A DNA stretch of 64,000 nt from an uncultured Phycisphaeraceae bacterium (GCA_964542875.1 CAZIWA010000014.1:1-64000), one strand, 5' to 3'. Positions 9,251-19,056 are shown, numbered from the stretch's first letter. Notes: generated by a model from the letters alone, not told the origin. A program made the numbers and translations.

Positions 9251-9736
9251 TCAGCCCGCAAGGGTGACTTTTGTTTCCGTATTGATGTGTACCACCCGCT
9301 GCCCCGCTTGGCGAGCGTAGGCCACGGCGTCTCCCGTGCCTCCTTTCCCTTTGGCTGGCCGGCCATCCCAAACCGCGATCAGGACATCGCTCAAATCCAC
9401 CACCCGGTGCCCCGCTGCGAGAAAAGCATCGCGATTGCTCCCCGGCACATTCAGCACCTCCCGCCAGTGCGCCTGCCCCAACAGCCGCCGATACCCTGGC
9501 AGTTCCTCCGCACTGAATGTGCTTTCATACCCCGCAAACGGAACCACCACGCCCAGCCGTCCCCCACGCCGGATCGCAATTTCAGAAAACAACTGGTCCG
9601 CCCCGATCGCCAGCGAATTGATCGCCTCAAATTCCTCTGCTCCCAAATCTGAAATGGCTTTCTCCAGTGCCTCAGAAACCCACGCCCAATCGCCCGGCCA
9701 AGCCAGCACCCGATGCCCCGTCAATCCAATCTTCAT
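9251..9736 (-). CDS. SLOG-superfamily (DprA/LOG/YpsA-like Rossmann fold) protein
   Basis: Start at ATG 9736 (MKIGLTGHRV). Carries N-terminal GLTGHR, central IGADQ and C-terminal GKGGTGD glycine-rich motifs. These are arranged as in YpsA / DUF1273 / DUF2493-type SLOG proteins. About 160 aa. Confidence 0.45.
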   Translation of the reverse strand: MKIGLTGHRVLAWPGDWAWVSEALEKAISDLGAEEFEAINSLAIGADQLFSEIAIRRGGRLGVVVPFAGYESTFSAEELPGYRRLLGQAHWREVLNVPGSNRDAFLAAGHRVVDLSDVLIAVWDGRPAKGKGGTGDAVAYARQAGQRVVHINTETKVTLAG

Positions 9737-10152
9737 CGCATTCTCCAATCCGTCGCATTTCTCATCAGCCTGCATTCCACTATTCTAAAGCGGCGATTGC
9801 ATCGGCATCGATGAAAACGCACTCGACTGCCTCCAGACACCCAACTTGGACAGCCTTGGCACTTTTGGCAGGCGCTTTCGCTGCGTATTCCGAATGCCCC
9901 AGTTGCATCCCAGCCATTCCACAGGCCTGCACCGGCAAAAGTCTCCTGCCCATCATCCGCCGCCAGGTGATGCAGGTTCGTGACGTCCTCCACGGCGAAC
10001 ACGCCGGCCAATACGACTACAACACCGGCGTCCACTACCTCGTCGGCAACCAATTCACCGCTTTCCTCTAACCCCACAAAATTTCAAATCAGGCCATGCT
10101 CCCGAACATGCGCCTTATCTCCTTGGCATTGTCTGCCCTTCGCCATCCGCCC

Positions 10153-10950
10153 TTACCACGTCTCTTCAAAGACCTGCGCTCCGTGGTTTTTATAGCTCAC
10201 ATAAACAAACCGTGTGCCGACCGTGCCTGAGCCGAACTTGTCGGGCTGATTCTTGCCGGTCCCAAAAACGTGCCCATCTCCCATGACGAAATTCAAGAGC
10301 CCGTTGCCGCCCAGCCTTCCACGGCCTTTGACGTAATGGCAGCGCTCGTAATAGTCCAAAAGCGGCGCAGCCGATTGATCCATTACACTACGGTCCCATT
10401 GCAGTTTGGTGCTGGATGTGAGGCCCCAGCAATCGGAGATCATCCAGAGCCTTTCCATCCTGCTTGATAAAAGCCGATCGGTGTAGAAATTGATGAGGGC
10501 GTTGGTCTTGTACGGGTCTGGGTTATACGCCCCGGCATCACTGGCCATGGAGAAATTCATCCCGTAGGTGATCCGGGTTTGAATGCTGATGGGCCTTGGC
10601 CAACTCGTAGGGCATTGATACACCTTCATCCGTGCGTTGGGCAGCGATGTCAGCCACTCCGGCTGATTGGCATTGGCCCCCAGGTACGGCGCGAGCTTCA
10701 TCATCCACGAAGTTTCAACCCATCCCGGACGTGGGTTGGTCACTTCTCCCGGGCTGCTGCCCCGGAAATCAGCAGCATAGGTAAACACCGCCACACCCAT
10801 CTGGCGCAGGTTCGACTTGCATATCGCAAACCGTGCCGACTCCCGCGCCGCCTCCAGGCTCGGCACCACCATCGCCACCAGGAGCCCCACGACGGCGATC
10901 ACAACCAGCAGTTCAATAAGCGAAAATGCGCGAAAATGCCGTAAGCCCAT
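10153..10950 (-). CDS. DUF1559-type protein with prepilin-like N-terminal cleavage/methylation helix and C-terminal H-X9-DG motif
   Basis: N-terminus RAFSLIELLVVIAVVGLL (type IV pilin-like). C-terminal ...MGDGHVFG matches H-X9-DG. ATG at 10950 has a purine-rich RBS. The track ORF begins at a TTG at 10965. Confidence 0.8.
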   Translation of the reverse strand: MGLRHFRAFSLIELLVVIAVVGLLVAMVVPSLEAARESARFAICKSNLRQMGVAVFTYAADFRGSSPGEVTNPRPGWVETSWMMKLAPYLGANANQPEWLTSLPNARMKVYQCPTSWPRPISIQTRITYGMNFSMASDAGAYNPDPYKTNALINFYTDRLLSSRMERLWMISDCWGLTSSTKLQWDRSVMDQSAAPLLDYYERCHYVKGRGRLGGNGLLNFVMGDGHVFGTGKNQPDKFGSGTVGTRFVYVSYKNHGAQVFEETW

Positions 10951-11319
10951 TTCCCACCCCTTCAAAATATGAATCCATGCGATATGCGGGTTTCAATATA
11001 GCAGCGCATCAATTCCCAAAACCTGTCGGATTATCCTGACAAGTCATTCAAATGTACTGAATAACTCGGCCGTGGATTGATCTTTCTTCTATCCTTCAAG
11101 TCCGGCCTTGCCCATGCTTAATGAGCCGGCATCTGGCCTATTCGCTCCCGGCGTCATCCGGAAACCGTCCCATGGCAATCACTTCCGTGCATGACCCGCA
11201 GGGGCATATGATTGCCGGCTTGCATGTAAAGTGGAGGGGCCAAGAGTCCAGGGCCCATGACCTAAGATCCGGGGCCAAAAGAGTTTGAAGAGTTGAAGAA
11301 CTTTCCGAGGAGGTTTGGT

Positions 11320-11820
11320 GTGAGGTATTTGGCGCTTGTGTTGGCGTTTTTAGGGTTATTAGTGGCAGGTTGCAGCGCTGGCGAAGAGCCAGTGGCGCCG
11401 TGGCTTGGAGAGCCACCTGTGGGGGTGCTGGGGTACCCGGCGGGGTATTATCTCACGGTCGAAGGGATCACAGTGCATCGCATGGGCAAAGGCAAGCCGG
11501 TAGAGACGTTTTTGAAAGTCACCAGGGTGAATGGCGAAGCGTTAAGTGCACCGCGGGAAATCAGGCTGCGAAATGTGGACACAAAAGAAGGCAAGCGACT
11601 GGTGGTGAAGGGGTTTGAGGATTTTGAACTAAAGGGGGATGTGCCGCAGGCGGTGCTTGCCTATGACGTGGAATCCGGGAAAAACCCAGACGACAACTGG
11701 TCACTGGCGCAGCGGGGCTACAAGCGGACGCCGTGGTACATGGTGTTTGATTTAGTGGTGCTCAAGGCCGTGGAACCCAAAGAGTTGGCGGTGACAAAGT
11801 GGGAGCCTGCCCATCGGTAG
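11320..11820 (+). CDS. lipoprotein of unknown function
   Basis: GTG at 11320 preceded by GAGGAGG gives MRYLALVLAFLGLLVAGCS, a classic lipobox. An alternative TTG start lies at 11293. Confidence 0.5.
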   Translation: MRYLALVLAFLGLLVAGCSAGEEPVAPWLGEPPVGVLGYPAGYYLTVEGITVHRMGKGKPVETFLKVTRVNGEALSAPREIRLRNVDTKEGKRLVVKGFEDFELKGDVPQAVLAYDVESGKNPDDNWSLAQRGYKRTPWYMVFDLVVLKAVEPKELAVTKWEPAHR

Positions 11821-11909
11821 GCTGGTGCCGTGGCAAAACAGGCTTTGGCTGCAAATCGGTCGTACTGGTCGATCCCGCCTCACCCGGTTACAATCCACAT
11901 CCCTCACTA

Positions 11910-11984
11910 CGGGGTGTAGCTCAGCTTGGCTAGAGCGCCTGCTTTGGGTGCAGGAAGTCGTCGGTTCGAATCCGGCCACCCCGA
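11910..11984 (+). tRNA. tRNA-Pro (anticodon UGG)
   Basis: Manual cloverleaf: acceptor CGGGGTG/CACCCCG, D-arm GCTC/GAGC, anticodon stem CCTGC/GCAGG with loop TTTGGGT (U33, anticodon TGG), T-arm GTCGG-TTCGAAT-CCGGC, discriminator A. CCA is not encoded. Confidence 0.85.
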
Positions 11985-11998
11985 TTGTCCAGCGAATC

Positions 11999-12040
11999 AA
12001 GCCCTTTGACTAACAAGTCAAAGGGCTTATTCATTTCCAG
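11999..12040 (+). terminator. hairpin downstream of tRNA-Pro (likely terminator)
   Basis: Perfect 12-bp inverted repeat AAGCCCTTTGAC-TAACAA-GTCAAAGGGCTT followed by ATTCATTTCC. Confidence 0.5.
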
Positions 12041-12260
12041 CTCAACAGTTACGCCGTTCATCCTGTAGTTCCAACCGACTAAATTTAGCAAAACGGGCTT
12101 TGTCTCTGTATCCGCAAAAACCACTTGCTTTCGAGCGTCTGAGGCAGTTCAAACGCTTTTATCGCCAGATCTGAGGATTCGTCGCGGGAATGGTCGAAAA
12201 CCTCCATCTGGAGAGACCCGTTACCCGGCCGGGCTTTGAAAACAACATGCCAGGTTTGCG

Positions 12261-12569
12261 TCAACCAGCGGCGGGGTGTTTAACTGGCGCTGATTCAGGG
12301 CCCAGTAGCTGGGCAGTGCGGCGCGTGTTTAATGCAATCTCGCGCACCGCCAGCAATAGCGCAGCGGCGGCCCAGAAACTCACGAGATTCACAATCCCGC
12401 CCATGATCACAAGAAACGCGGCAACGGCGCCCACCGCAGGCTGATTACCGTATTGCACATAGGCCCCAAACGCTCCAGCAATGGAAGCCAGAAGCCCGAT
12501 AACCCCAACCACCTTGAATATCCCGGCCATCATCTCCAAAGATTCATAGTTGTCTTGATTAGGTGCCAT
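12261..12569 (-). CDS. small membrane protein (2-3 TM helices), unknown function
   Basis: ATG at 12569 (MAPNQDNY...) with a GGAG RBS. Hydrophobic helices (GIFKVVGVIGLLASIAGAFGAYV; AFLVIMGGIVNLVSFWAAAALLLAV). Confidence 0.5.
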   Translation of the reverse strand: MAPNQDNYESLEMMAGIFKVVGVIGLLASIAGAFGAYVQYGNQPAVGAVAAFLVIMGGIVNLVSFWAAAALLLAVREIALNTRRTAQLLGPESAPVKHPAAG

Positions 12570-12831
12570 CGGAAACTCCTCTGAATGCCCCGGCGACGGC
12601 CGGAAAATGTCCAGCCATCCTACTCCCCCCACCAACGAAAACACCCGCGAATCTCCATCGTCCTTACTTCGCTATCGAGATTCAAGCTTCCAGACGCAAC
12701 AACTGCATCGCTCTTAGGTGTTGATCGCACCCCGATAAGTAGTTCTTCCGGTGTCCAGTCACCCGATAAAAAACCTTCGCTTTTCAGCGAAGGTTTTTAT
12801 TTTGCCTGCCCCCGGATATTCCTTCAAAACA

Positions 12832-13329
12832 TTACTCAGTTGCCACGCCGGCGTAGAGTTCCTTCATGCAGATCCGGGTAAGCCCTTCGTCGGCGTTCTT
12901 TTCTTCCTGAAGGGTTTCGCTCAGGAGGTCAACCGCAACGGAAGCACCCATCTGCTTGGCCAGTGCCCGGGCCGTGCCATACCCAGCGATTTCATAGTGT
13001 TCCACGCGCTGGGCCGCGGCCACCAGCAACGCATCGCACAATGCGGCATCGCCTTCTTCTTCCATGGCTTCTCCCCCTTCTTCGATCAAGCCTTCCATTG
13101 CCTTACAGTGCTTGCCGCCTGGCTTGATGCCCACTTCCTGCGCCACCTGTTCCAGGCGCATGACGTGGCCTTTGGTTTCCTCCAGATGTTCCTCAAAAGC
13201 CTGCTTCAGCGCGGGACTGCTGGCGGCCTTGACCATCTTGGGCAATGCCTTCACAAGCTGCTTCTCAGCGCTGTAAAGGTCCTTGATCTGGTCCTCAAAA
13301 AGGTCGTTGAGCGTTTTAAGCGTGGACAT
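12832..13329 (-). CDS. DUF892 / YciE-YciF family ferritin-like stress protein
   Basis: ATG at 13329 with an AGGAGA RBS. MSTLKTLNDLFEDQIKDLYSAEKQLVKALPKM is the typical N-terminus of the YciE/YciF ferritin-like family. About 165 aa. Confidence 0.7.
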   Translation of the reverse strand: MSTLKTLNDLFEDQIKDLYSAEKQLVKALPKMVKAASSPALKQAFEEHLEETKGHVMRLEQVAQEVGIKPGGKHCKAMEGLIEEGGEAMEEEGDAALCDALLVAAAQRVEHYEIAGYGTARALAKQMGASVAVDLLSETLQEEKNADEGLTRICMKELYAGVATE

Positions 13330-13553
13330 GGCGATCTCCTGCAAAGGTGAAAATGAAATCCAACACGAGGTCTTCAAATTAGCCCTCCGCCGCAGCCGGG
13401 CCAAGAGGGTTTATCCCCACGCCTTACCCTGCCGTTTCCCCGAGGCCGCATAAGAAATGCCACCCTCTCAAATGCTGCCTCGGACATTTGCCATGTCGGC
13501 GGTCAGTAAAAAACCGATAGGGCCTGATCATCCCCTCCGGCTACTGTCGGGAT

Positions 13554-14051
13554 ATGAGCCAGCACTTCCCATCACAGACCATTCACGAAGCCACCTTCCT
13601 CACCAGTGGACGCGTGATCGACCAGGTCAGCGTCAACACCGGCGACCTGGATTCCAATTGGATCGAATATTACGAAGGCCTGCTTCTCAGCGGCGGCGGG
13701 CCCCTGGACAAAGCCATTCCCCAATGGCTGCTGGTTGTGCAGCACGCATCCGACTCTCTGGGTGTCGCGTCCCTTGGGCAGGGAGATCGCTGCCTATGCT
13801 CAATGCTCTTTTTATCCGGCAAGGACAGGGCACAGGAGTCGCGCGTGATATACGAAATCCTTCAATACATGACGCACGCCACCTCGCACCACAAAAACCT
13901 CCGCGAGCCGGATTCCCAGCTTCTTGCGCTCAAGCAGCGGCCTCTGCTGGCCGTCGCCCTCTTCCCCGGCTTTGACACCATGGCCAGTTCCATGGCGCTG
14001 GATACGTCCTTGTTTCTCGCCGCTGCCTGGTTTGATCTTCACCCCACTTAA
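13554..14051 (+). CDS. hypothetical protein, paralogue of the 27321-27809 gene (possible Roadblock/LC7-like fold)
   Basis: 165-aa ORF. Shares a colinear motif set with the 27321 protein (SGRVID..., ...CSMLFLSGKDRAQESRVIYEIL vs ...CTMMFLSGRDIRSERQLIYRVI). The overlapping Arg-rich ORF 13457-13975 is rejected. Confidence 0.45.
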   Translation: MSQHFPSQTIHEATFLTSGRVIDQVSVNTGDLDSNWIEYYEGLLLSGGGPLDKAIPQWLLVVQHASDSLGVASLGQGDRCLCSMLFLSGKDRAQESRVIYEILQYMTHATSHHKNLREPDSQLLALKQRPLLAVALFPGFDTMASSMALDTSLFLAAAWFDLHPT

Positions 14052-14090
14052 TCCCTTCTTCTTGCGATTCCTCAAACCGCCGCCGGCATC

Positions 14091-15293
14091 TCATCCCCGG
14101 TCAAAACGAAACAGTCCGGCGTGCCCGCACGGCCTGCCGACGAAAAGATCGCGGATGATCCGTGCCGCGATAAAGCTGAACAAAATTCCGTTCCCCCCAT
14201 ACCCCAGCGCGAAAAAACCATGGGGAAACTTCTGCGTGCTGCCGATGTAGGGTAATCCGTCTTCCGTCTCGGCAAACACCCCGGACCACGCATATTCCGG
14301 CGATACCTGCACGCCCGGAAACAGGTGCCCAAACTTCCCCAGCAGTTCCTGCGCCTTGCAAGCCACCTGTCCCTCCTCCATCTTTCCGGCAACCCAAGGC
14401 GTATCCGCTCCCCCTACGATCGCCCTTCCCTCCGGTGCCGCCCGCACATACAGATAAGGCCGGGCTGATTCCCACATCATGCACCCCGGATGCCACCCTG
14501 CCCCCGCCACACTTGGCTGGCTGGCAAACGCATACGAGGTTTGCAGTTTTACAGGCACATCCAGAAAGGTCGGCGTCTCATACCCCGTGGCGAACATCAC
14601 TTTCTTTGCCCGCACTTCAAACCCTTTGTCAGTCCGCAGCGTCACGCCATGCTCATCGGCTTCATACCCCACCACCCCCGTGGGGGAATGCAGCCGAAGC
14701 CCGGTCCTTACGGCCTTGGCCATCAGCTTCGCGCCTGTCTTATACGGGTCTACGGACAACGCCCCTGGCGACCATAGGGCTCCAGGCCTTTTCACTTCAA
14801 AGCGCTCCAGCAATTCCCCTTCGGCCAGAAACCGCACTTTGATTCCGCACGCCTGCCGGGCCTGCCGTTCCTCGCGAAAGCCACGCACCTCATCCCGCTG
14901 CACCGCCAGGTAAAGGCTTTCGCGCGCTTCAACTCCATCACTGATTCCCAACCCCTCCAGGTATTCCCGAAACTCCGCCAACGCATCAAAACACACCCGG
15001 TACGCGGCAAACGCTTCCGCCTCCCCACGCAGTTGGACCAGCTCCATCAGCGTCGTATCCAACTCGTATTGAATCAACCCCGTGCTCACCGATGTGCTCC
15101 CCTGACACACTTCCCGCCGATCAAGCGCCACCACATCCACCCCGGCGGCCGTCAGATGCTGCGCCAGCAGCGCCCCGGTGATGCCCGTACCCAGGATGGC
15201 CACATCGCATTTGATATTGCAGGCCAGCTCTCCCTGCCCCAGCAGAATCGCCCCACCACGCAGCCAGACCGATGAGCCCGATTTAAGTTGCAT
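14091..15293 (-). CDS. FAD-dependent oxidoreductase (DAO / glycine-D-amino-acid oxidase family)
   Basis: N-terminal dinucleotide-binding motif DVAILGTGITGALLA. Length of about 400 aa and C-terminal GYGGNGI motif are typical of the DAO family. Confidence 0.7.
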   Translation of the reverse strand: MQLKSGSSVWLRGGAILLGQGELACNIKCDVAILGTGITGALLAQHLTAAGVDVVALDRREVCQGSTSVSTGLIQYELDTTLMELVQLRGEAEAFAAYRVCFDALAEFREYLEGLGISDGVEARESLYLAVQRDEVRGFREERQARQACGIKVRFLAEGELLERFEVKRPGALWSPGALSVDPYKTGAKLMAKAVRTGLRLHSPTGVVGYEADEHGVTLRTDKGFEVRAKKVMFATGYETPTFLDVPVKLQTSYAFASQPSVAGAGWHPGCMMWESARPYLYVRAAPEGRAIVGGADTPWVAGKMEEGQVACKAQELLGKFGHLFPGVQVSPEYAWSGVFAETEDGLPYIGSTQKFPHGFFALGYGGNGILFSFIAARIIRDLFVGRPCGHAGLFRFDRG

Positions 15294-15515
15294 GGCGGTC
15301 CCCGTTGCAATCAAAAGAAGTGATCGATCAACTCCAAGGTTACTCCCCCCCGCGCCAATTCAATAGCAGTAAATGCCGCATCATCCCTCTCCTGTCTTTT
15401 CAAATTCCAACGGCAACCGCCCGATAGGCCTGTCAGGGTTCCACGGGTACAGCCCGCGCTCGGGACAATTTACAGTCAAGGTGCTTCTTACTGTCGGCAA
15501 ATCGGGAGCACCGCC

Positions 15516-16724
15516 GTGGACACGCCTCAGGCAAATCAACCCAGCCCAAAGCCGCCCCGCAGCCGCCGATGGCGTCGCTTCTGGCAGGTTCTGGGCATTG
15601 TCATCTTGGCGCTTACGGCCGTACTCATTGGCGTTCGCCTTGCCCTGCCATCCATCGTCCGCTGGCAGGTCAACGACATTCTCAATCAGAATCCCATGTA
15701 CAAGGGCGAGATTCAGGACGTTCAAATCAGCCTCTGGCGCGGGGCGTACTCCATATCCGGCATTACGCTCAATAAAAGCACCGGCAACATTCCGGTCCCT
15801 CTTTTCACGGCGAAAACCGTCGACCTCTCCGTGCAATGGAGCGCTCTTTTCCATGGCTCATTCGTGGGTGAAATAATCATCTACGACCCGGAGCTTAACT
15901 TCGTCGACGCTGCTGACGAAGCCATGGGCCAGGCCGGCTCGGGGCCATGGCTGACCATGATCAGCGAGCTCTTCCCGCTGAAGATCAACAGCATGCGCAT
16001 TGAAAACGGCTCAGCCCGTTTTCATGCCTTCCATAAAAACCCGCCGGTGGACATCTACGCCTCTCAGGTCAACATCACCATCGAAAACCTCACCAACATC
16101 CGTGATGACACCCAGCCCATGGTCGCCAAGGTCAAGGCTGACGGCATGGTGATGGACAACGCCAAATTTGAATTCACGATGCAGATCGATCCGTTTTCCT
16201 ATTACCCAACATTCAGCCTGGCCTTCCGCCTGCTGGGCCTTGATGTCACCAAGATGAACGACCTCACCCAGGCCTACGGCATGTTCGACTACGAAGACGG
16301 ATGGTTCGACCTCGTCGTCGAGCTTGAGGCGCAGGAAGGCCAGCTCCAAGGCTACATCAAGCCTCTTTTTCGCAATGTGCGTGTGCTTAGCCTCTCCAAT
16401 GACATCAAGGAAGACAACGTCATCGAATTCTTCTGGGAGGCCCTCGTAGGCGGCGTCACCCAGATCCTGAAAAATCAGAGCCGTGACCAATTCGGCACCA
16501 AGATCCCCATTGAAGGCTCGCTCACCCAGCCGCAGCCCAGGATTCTTGAAACCCTGGGCAACGTGCTTCGCAATGCCTTCATCCGGGCATACCTCCCCAA
16601 GTTCACTCCGCAGACCCGCAAGGCCGCAGAACAGCCCGCAGCCGCAACATCCATCCAAGAGGACACCATGCACTTCAAGCCCGGCAGCATCGTGGCTCCC
16701 GGCGCCGCAAGCGATGGTCCCTGA
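15516..16724 (+). CDS. membrane-anchored protein, DUF748/AsmA-like (tentative)
   Basis: 402-aa ORF with an N-terminal basic stretch and a single TM helix (WQVLGIVILALTAVLIGVRLAL). Family assignment is a low-confidence recollection. Confidence 0.4.
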   Translation: MDTPQANQPSPKPPRSRRWRRFWQVLGIVILALTAVLIGVRLALPSIVRWQVNDILNQNPMYKGEIQDVQISLWRGAYSISGITLNKSTGNIPVPLFTAKTVDLSVQWSALFHGSFVGEIIIYDPELNFVDAADEAMGQAGSGPWLTMISELFPLKINSMRIENGSARFHAFHKNPPVDIYASQVNITIENLTNIRDDTQPMVAKVKADGMVMDNAKFEFTMQIDPFSYYPTFSLAFRLLGLDVTKMNDLTQAYGMFDYEDGWFDLVVELEAQEGQLQGYIKPLFRNVRVLSLSNDIKEDNVIEFFWEALVGGVTQILKNQSRDQFGTKIPIEGSLTQPQPRILETLGNVLRNAFIRAYLPKFTPQTRKAAEQPAAATSIQEDTMHFKPGSIVAPGAASDGP

Positions 16725-16750
16725 CCCGATCCTTCATCGAAAGGCCTCCC

Positions 16751-17365
16751 ATGCACCGCCAATCCATCTTCCTTTTGATGACCGCCGCCCTCCTCGTTGG
16801 CTGCGGCTCCACCCAAGCCAAGAAGGAACGCGCCTTCCACACTTCCGGCAGCACCGAGGCGGACCAGCGTGCCGAACAACGCATCGCCAAAGTCCAGCAG
16901 ATCCGCGGTGAAGGCGAAGACGGCTCGGCCCTCTCCAGTTCCACCAAGAAACCCCTTTACGACCGGCTTGGCGGAAAACAAGGCATCGACGCCATGCTCG
17001 ACGACTTCATCGCCCGGATCATCGTCGACCCCAGAATCAACTGGAAGCGCGAAGGCATCAGCCGAGGCGGCGTTCTGGGCGTAGGCAAAACCCCAGTCGA
17101 TTGGGAACCCACCCCAGCCAATCTCTCACGCCTCAAGTTCCACATGGGCCAGTTCATCGCCCTCGCCACCGGCGGCCCCGCCCGCTACGAAGGCAAAGAC
17201 ATGAAAAAAACCCATGAAGGCATGAAGATCACCAACATCGAGTTCGACGCCGCCATGGGCGATCTCAAAGCCTCCATGGACGCCATCGGCATCGCCACCC
17301 AGGAGCAAAAAGAACTCCTGGCCATCATCGAAAGCACCCGTCCGCAGATCGTTGAAAAGCGCTGA
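16751..17365 (+). CDS. truncated haemoglobin (2/2 Hb, group I-like) lipoprotein
   Basis: Lipobox LLVGCGS. The PLYDRLGGKQGIDAMLDDFIARIIVDPRI segment matches the trHb signature (LY-RLGG ... F). Sits 27 bp downstream of the previous gene, so probably co-transcribed. Confidence 0.65.
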   Translation: MHRQSIFLLMTAALLVGCGSTQAKKERAFHTSGSTEADQRAEQRIAKVQQIRGEGEDGSALSSSTKKPLYDRLGGKQGIDAMLDDFIARIIVDPRINWKREGISRGGVLGVGKTPVDWEPTPANLSRLKFHMGQFIALATGGPARYEGKDMKKTHEGMKITNIEFDAAMGDLKASMDAIGIATQEQKELLAIIESTRPQIVEKR

Positions 17366-17393
17366 TCCGCAAACCTTTTCACCTCATTAATCC

Positions 17394-17434
17394 GATCGGA
17401 CCAGGCGCCATCGCCCTGGTCCGATCTTTCGTTT
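17394..17434 (+). terminator. Rho-independent terminator
   Basis: Perfect 12-bp stem GATCGGACCAGG / CCTGGTCCGATC with a 9-nt loop, followed by TTTCGTTT. Confidence 0.7.
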
Positions 17435-17653
17435 AGGCACAAGGGGAACAGTCCTGCCTCCCCCGGGGTTTTGCTTACCGGCCTTAAGGCCAAATCGATC
17501 CTAATCATGATGCATTCCCCCGCTTCTTGCCCTTCAAGCCCATAGATAACTTTGAATCTAATCTCACGGGGCTCCACAAGCTGGGCCTCCCAGACCGGCA
17601 TGTCCGCTGTCGCGGCCAAGCCTTTCCCTCTCCCTCCCTTAAGGAGCCACATC

Positions 17654-18196
17654 ATGGCTAGCGCAGTATTTTGCATCGCGTCGTCCCATGCTCAAGCCTC
17701 TGACATCGTCACCCGGCTTAAGAGCTCCGGCTTTACCGACAATGACATCTCCGTGCTTTTCCCCGATAAGAAAGGCACGCGCGACTTCGCCCATGAAAAG
17801 CACACCAAGGCCCCTGAAGGCGCCCTCACCGGCGCTGGCGCTGGCGGCGCCATCGGCGGCACCCTGGGCCTCCTGGCCGGTATCGGCCTCCTGGCCATCC
17901 CGGGAGCCGGCCCCTTCATCGCCGCCGGCCCCATCATGGCGGCCCTCTCCGGCGCAGCAGCAGGCGCAGCCGTCGGCTCCATCGCCGGCGCGCTCATCGG
18001 CATGGGCATTCCTGAAATCCAGGCCAAGCAGTACGAAGACAAGATCAAGTCCGGCAACATCCTCGTCAGCGTCCACTGCGAAGATTCCAAGGAAGTTAAA
18101 CGCGCCAAGGAAATCTACGAGGCCGCCAACGCCACCGACATCGCCACCACTTCGGAAACCAAGGCGCCTGAGCCCTCGGAACCCAAGCGCAAATAA
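17654..18196 (+). CDS. YflT-like general stress protein (GsiB/17M-like) with glycine-zipper segment
   Basis: ATG at 17654 with an AAGGAG RBS. N-terminus MASAVFCIASSHAQASDIVTRLKSSGFTDNDISVLFPDK resembles the YflT domain (VVGVF...L...GY...DISV). A central Gly/Ala-rich zipper follows. Confidence 0.5.
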   Translation: MASAVFCIASSHAQASDIVTRLKSSGFTDNDISVLFPDKKGTRDFAHEKHTKAPEGALTGAGAGGAIGGTLGLLAGIGLLAIPGAGPFIAAGPIMAALSGAAAGAAVGSIAGALIGMGIPEIQAKQYEDKIKSGNILVSVHCEDSKEVKRAKEIYEAANATDIATTSETKAPEPSEPKRK

Positions 18197-18298
18197 CCCT
18201 TCCATCCCCGAGCGCTCTCTGGCATGAGGAAACTCAAGCCCATGCCAGAGAGCCATCCGGCTTTCGTGACTTCCACCACACTTGGAAAAGAGCACACC

Positions 18299-18760
18299 AT
18301 GAATACGCGCCACTTGCTTGCACTCGCAGCCGTCGGCATCACCTTCGGCATGTTGGGCTGTGAAGACAAATCCACACCTTCCTCAAATCAGACCACCGCG
18401 CCCGGCTATCGGCAGTCGACCTCCGATGTCCCGGGCCCCATCCCAAACACGCCCGCACCCAATGCGGACAACACAGCCAAGAATCATCCGGACAAGGCCA
18501 CCAGCGATAAAACGCCGATGGACCAGTCCAACACCCAGTCGGATATCGACATTTCGGCTGCCATCCGCCAGGCCATCATGAAGGCCGACAACATGTCCAC
18601 CAACGCGCAGAACTGCAAGGTCATCACCAACGCCGGCACAGTCACGCTCCGCGGACCGGTGAACTCCCAGGCGGAAAAAGACGCCATTGGAGCCCTGGCA
18701 CGCCAGACCGCAGGCGTCGTTCGCGTCGACAATCTGCTGGAGGTCAAGACCAATCCTTGA
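18299..18760 (+). CDS. BON-domain (OsmY-like) lipoprotein
   Basis: ATG at 18299. Lipobox GMLGCED. C-terminal BON-like module (SAAIRQAIMKADNMSTNAQNCKVITNAGTVTLRGPVNSQAEKDAIGALARQTAGVVRVDNLLEV). Confidence 0.7.
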   Translation: MNTRHLLALAAVGITFGMLGCEDKSTPSSNQTTAPGYRQSTSDVPGPIPNTPAPNADNTAKNHPDKATSDKTPMDQSNTQSDIDISAAIRQAIMKADNMSTNAQNCKVITNAGTVTLRGPVNSQAEKDAIGALARQTAGVVRVDNLLEVKTNP

Positions 18761-18790
18761 GCACCTGGTCTTGTTTCTCCGGTATTTCGA

Positions 18791-18840
18791 CAGGGCCGGC
18801 ACGTTGGTGCCGGCCCTGTTTATTGGCGCTTTGTTTTTTA
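18791..18840 (+). terminator. Rho-independent terminator
   Basis: Perfect 12-bp stem CAGGGCCGGCAC-GTTG-GTGCCGGCCCTG followed by a T-rich tail (TTTATTGGCGCTTTGTTTTTT). Confidence 0.75.
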
Positions 18841-19056
18841 CGTTGGTTTTTTCCCCTAGTCCATTTCTTCAGCCCCATCGGGGGTTTCCCCGACCCTCAC
18901 TCAAGGACTCTTCATACCCGGGCCAGCGGGAATCTCCCGCTTTAGCCGGGTCTATCACAGCGATAGTCTCAATTAAGTAAAGAAGGCCACTGTAAAAACA
19001 CACGTGTTCCTCGGCCTTCTCACTCTTTTTTCATCATTCCCATTAAGGAGTCTGCA

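Noticed and set aside
11910-12040. tRNA-Pro as a possible integration site of a genomic island
   Set aside because: No integrase, direct repeat of the tRNA 3' end, or compositional shift is visible downstream. The following genes are ordinary stress proteins on the opposite strand.
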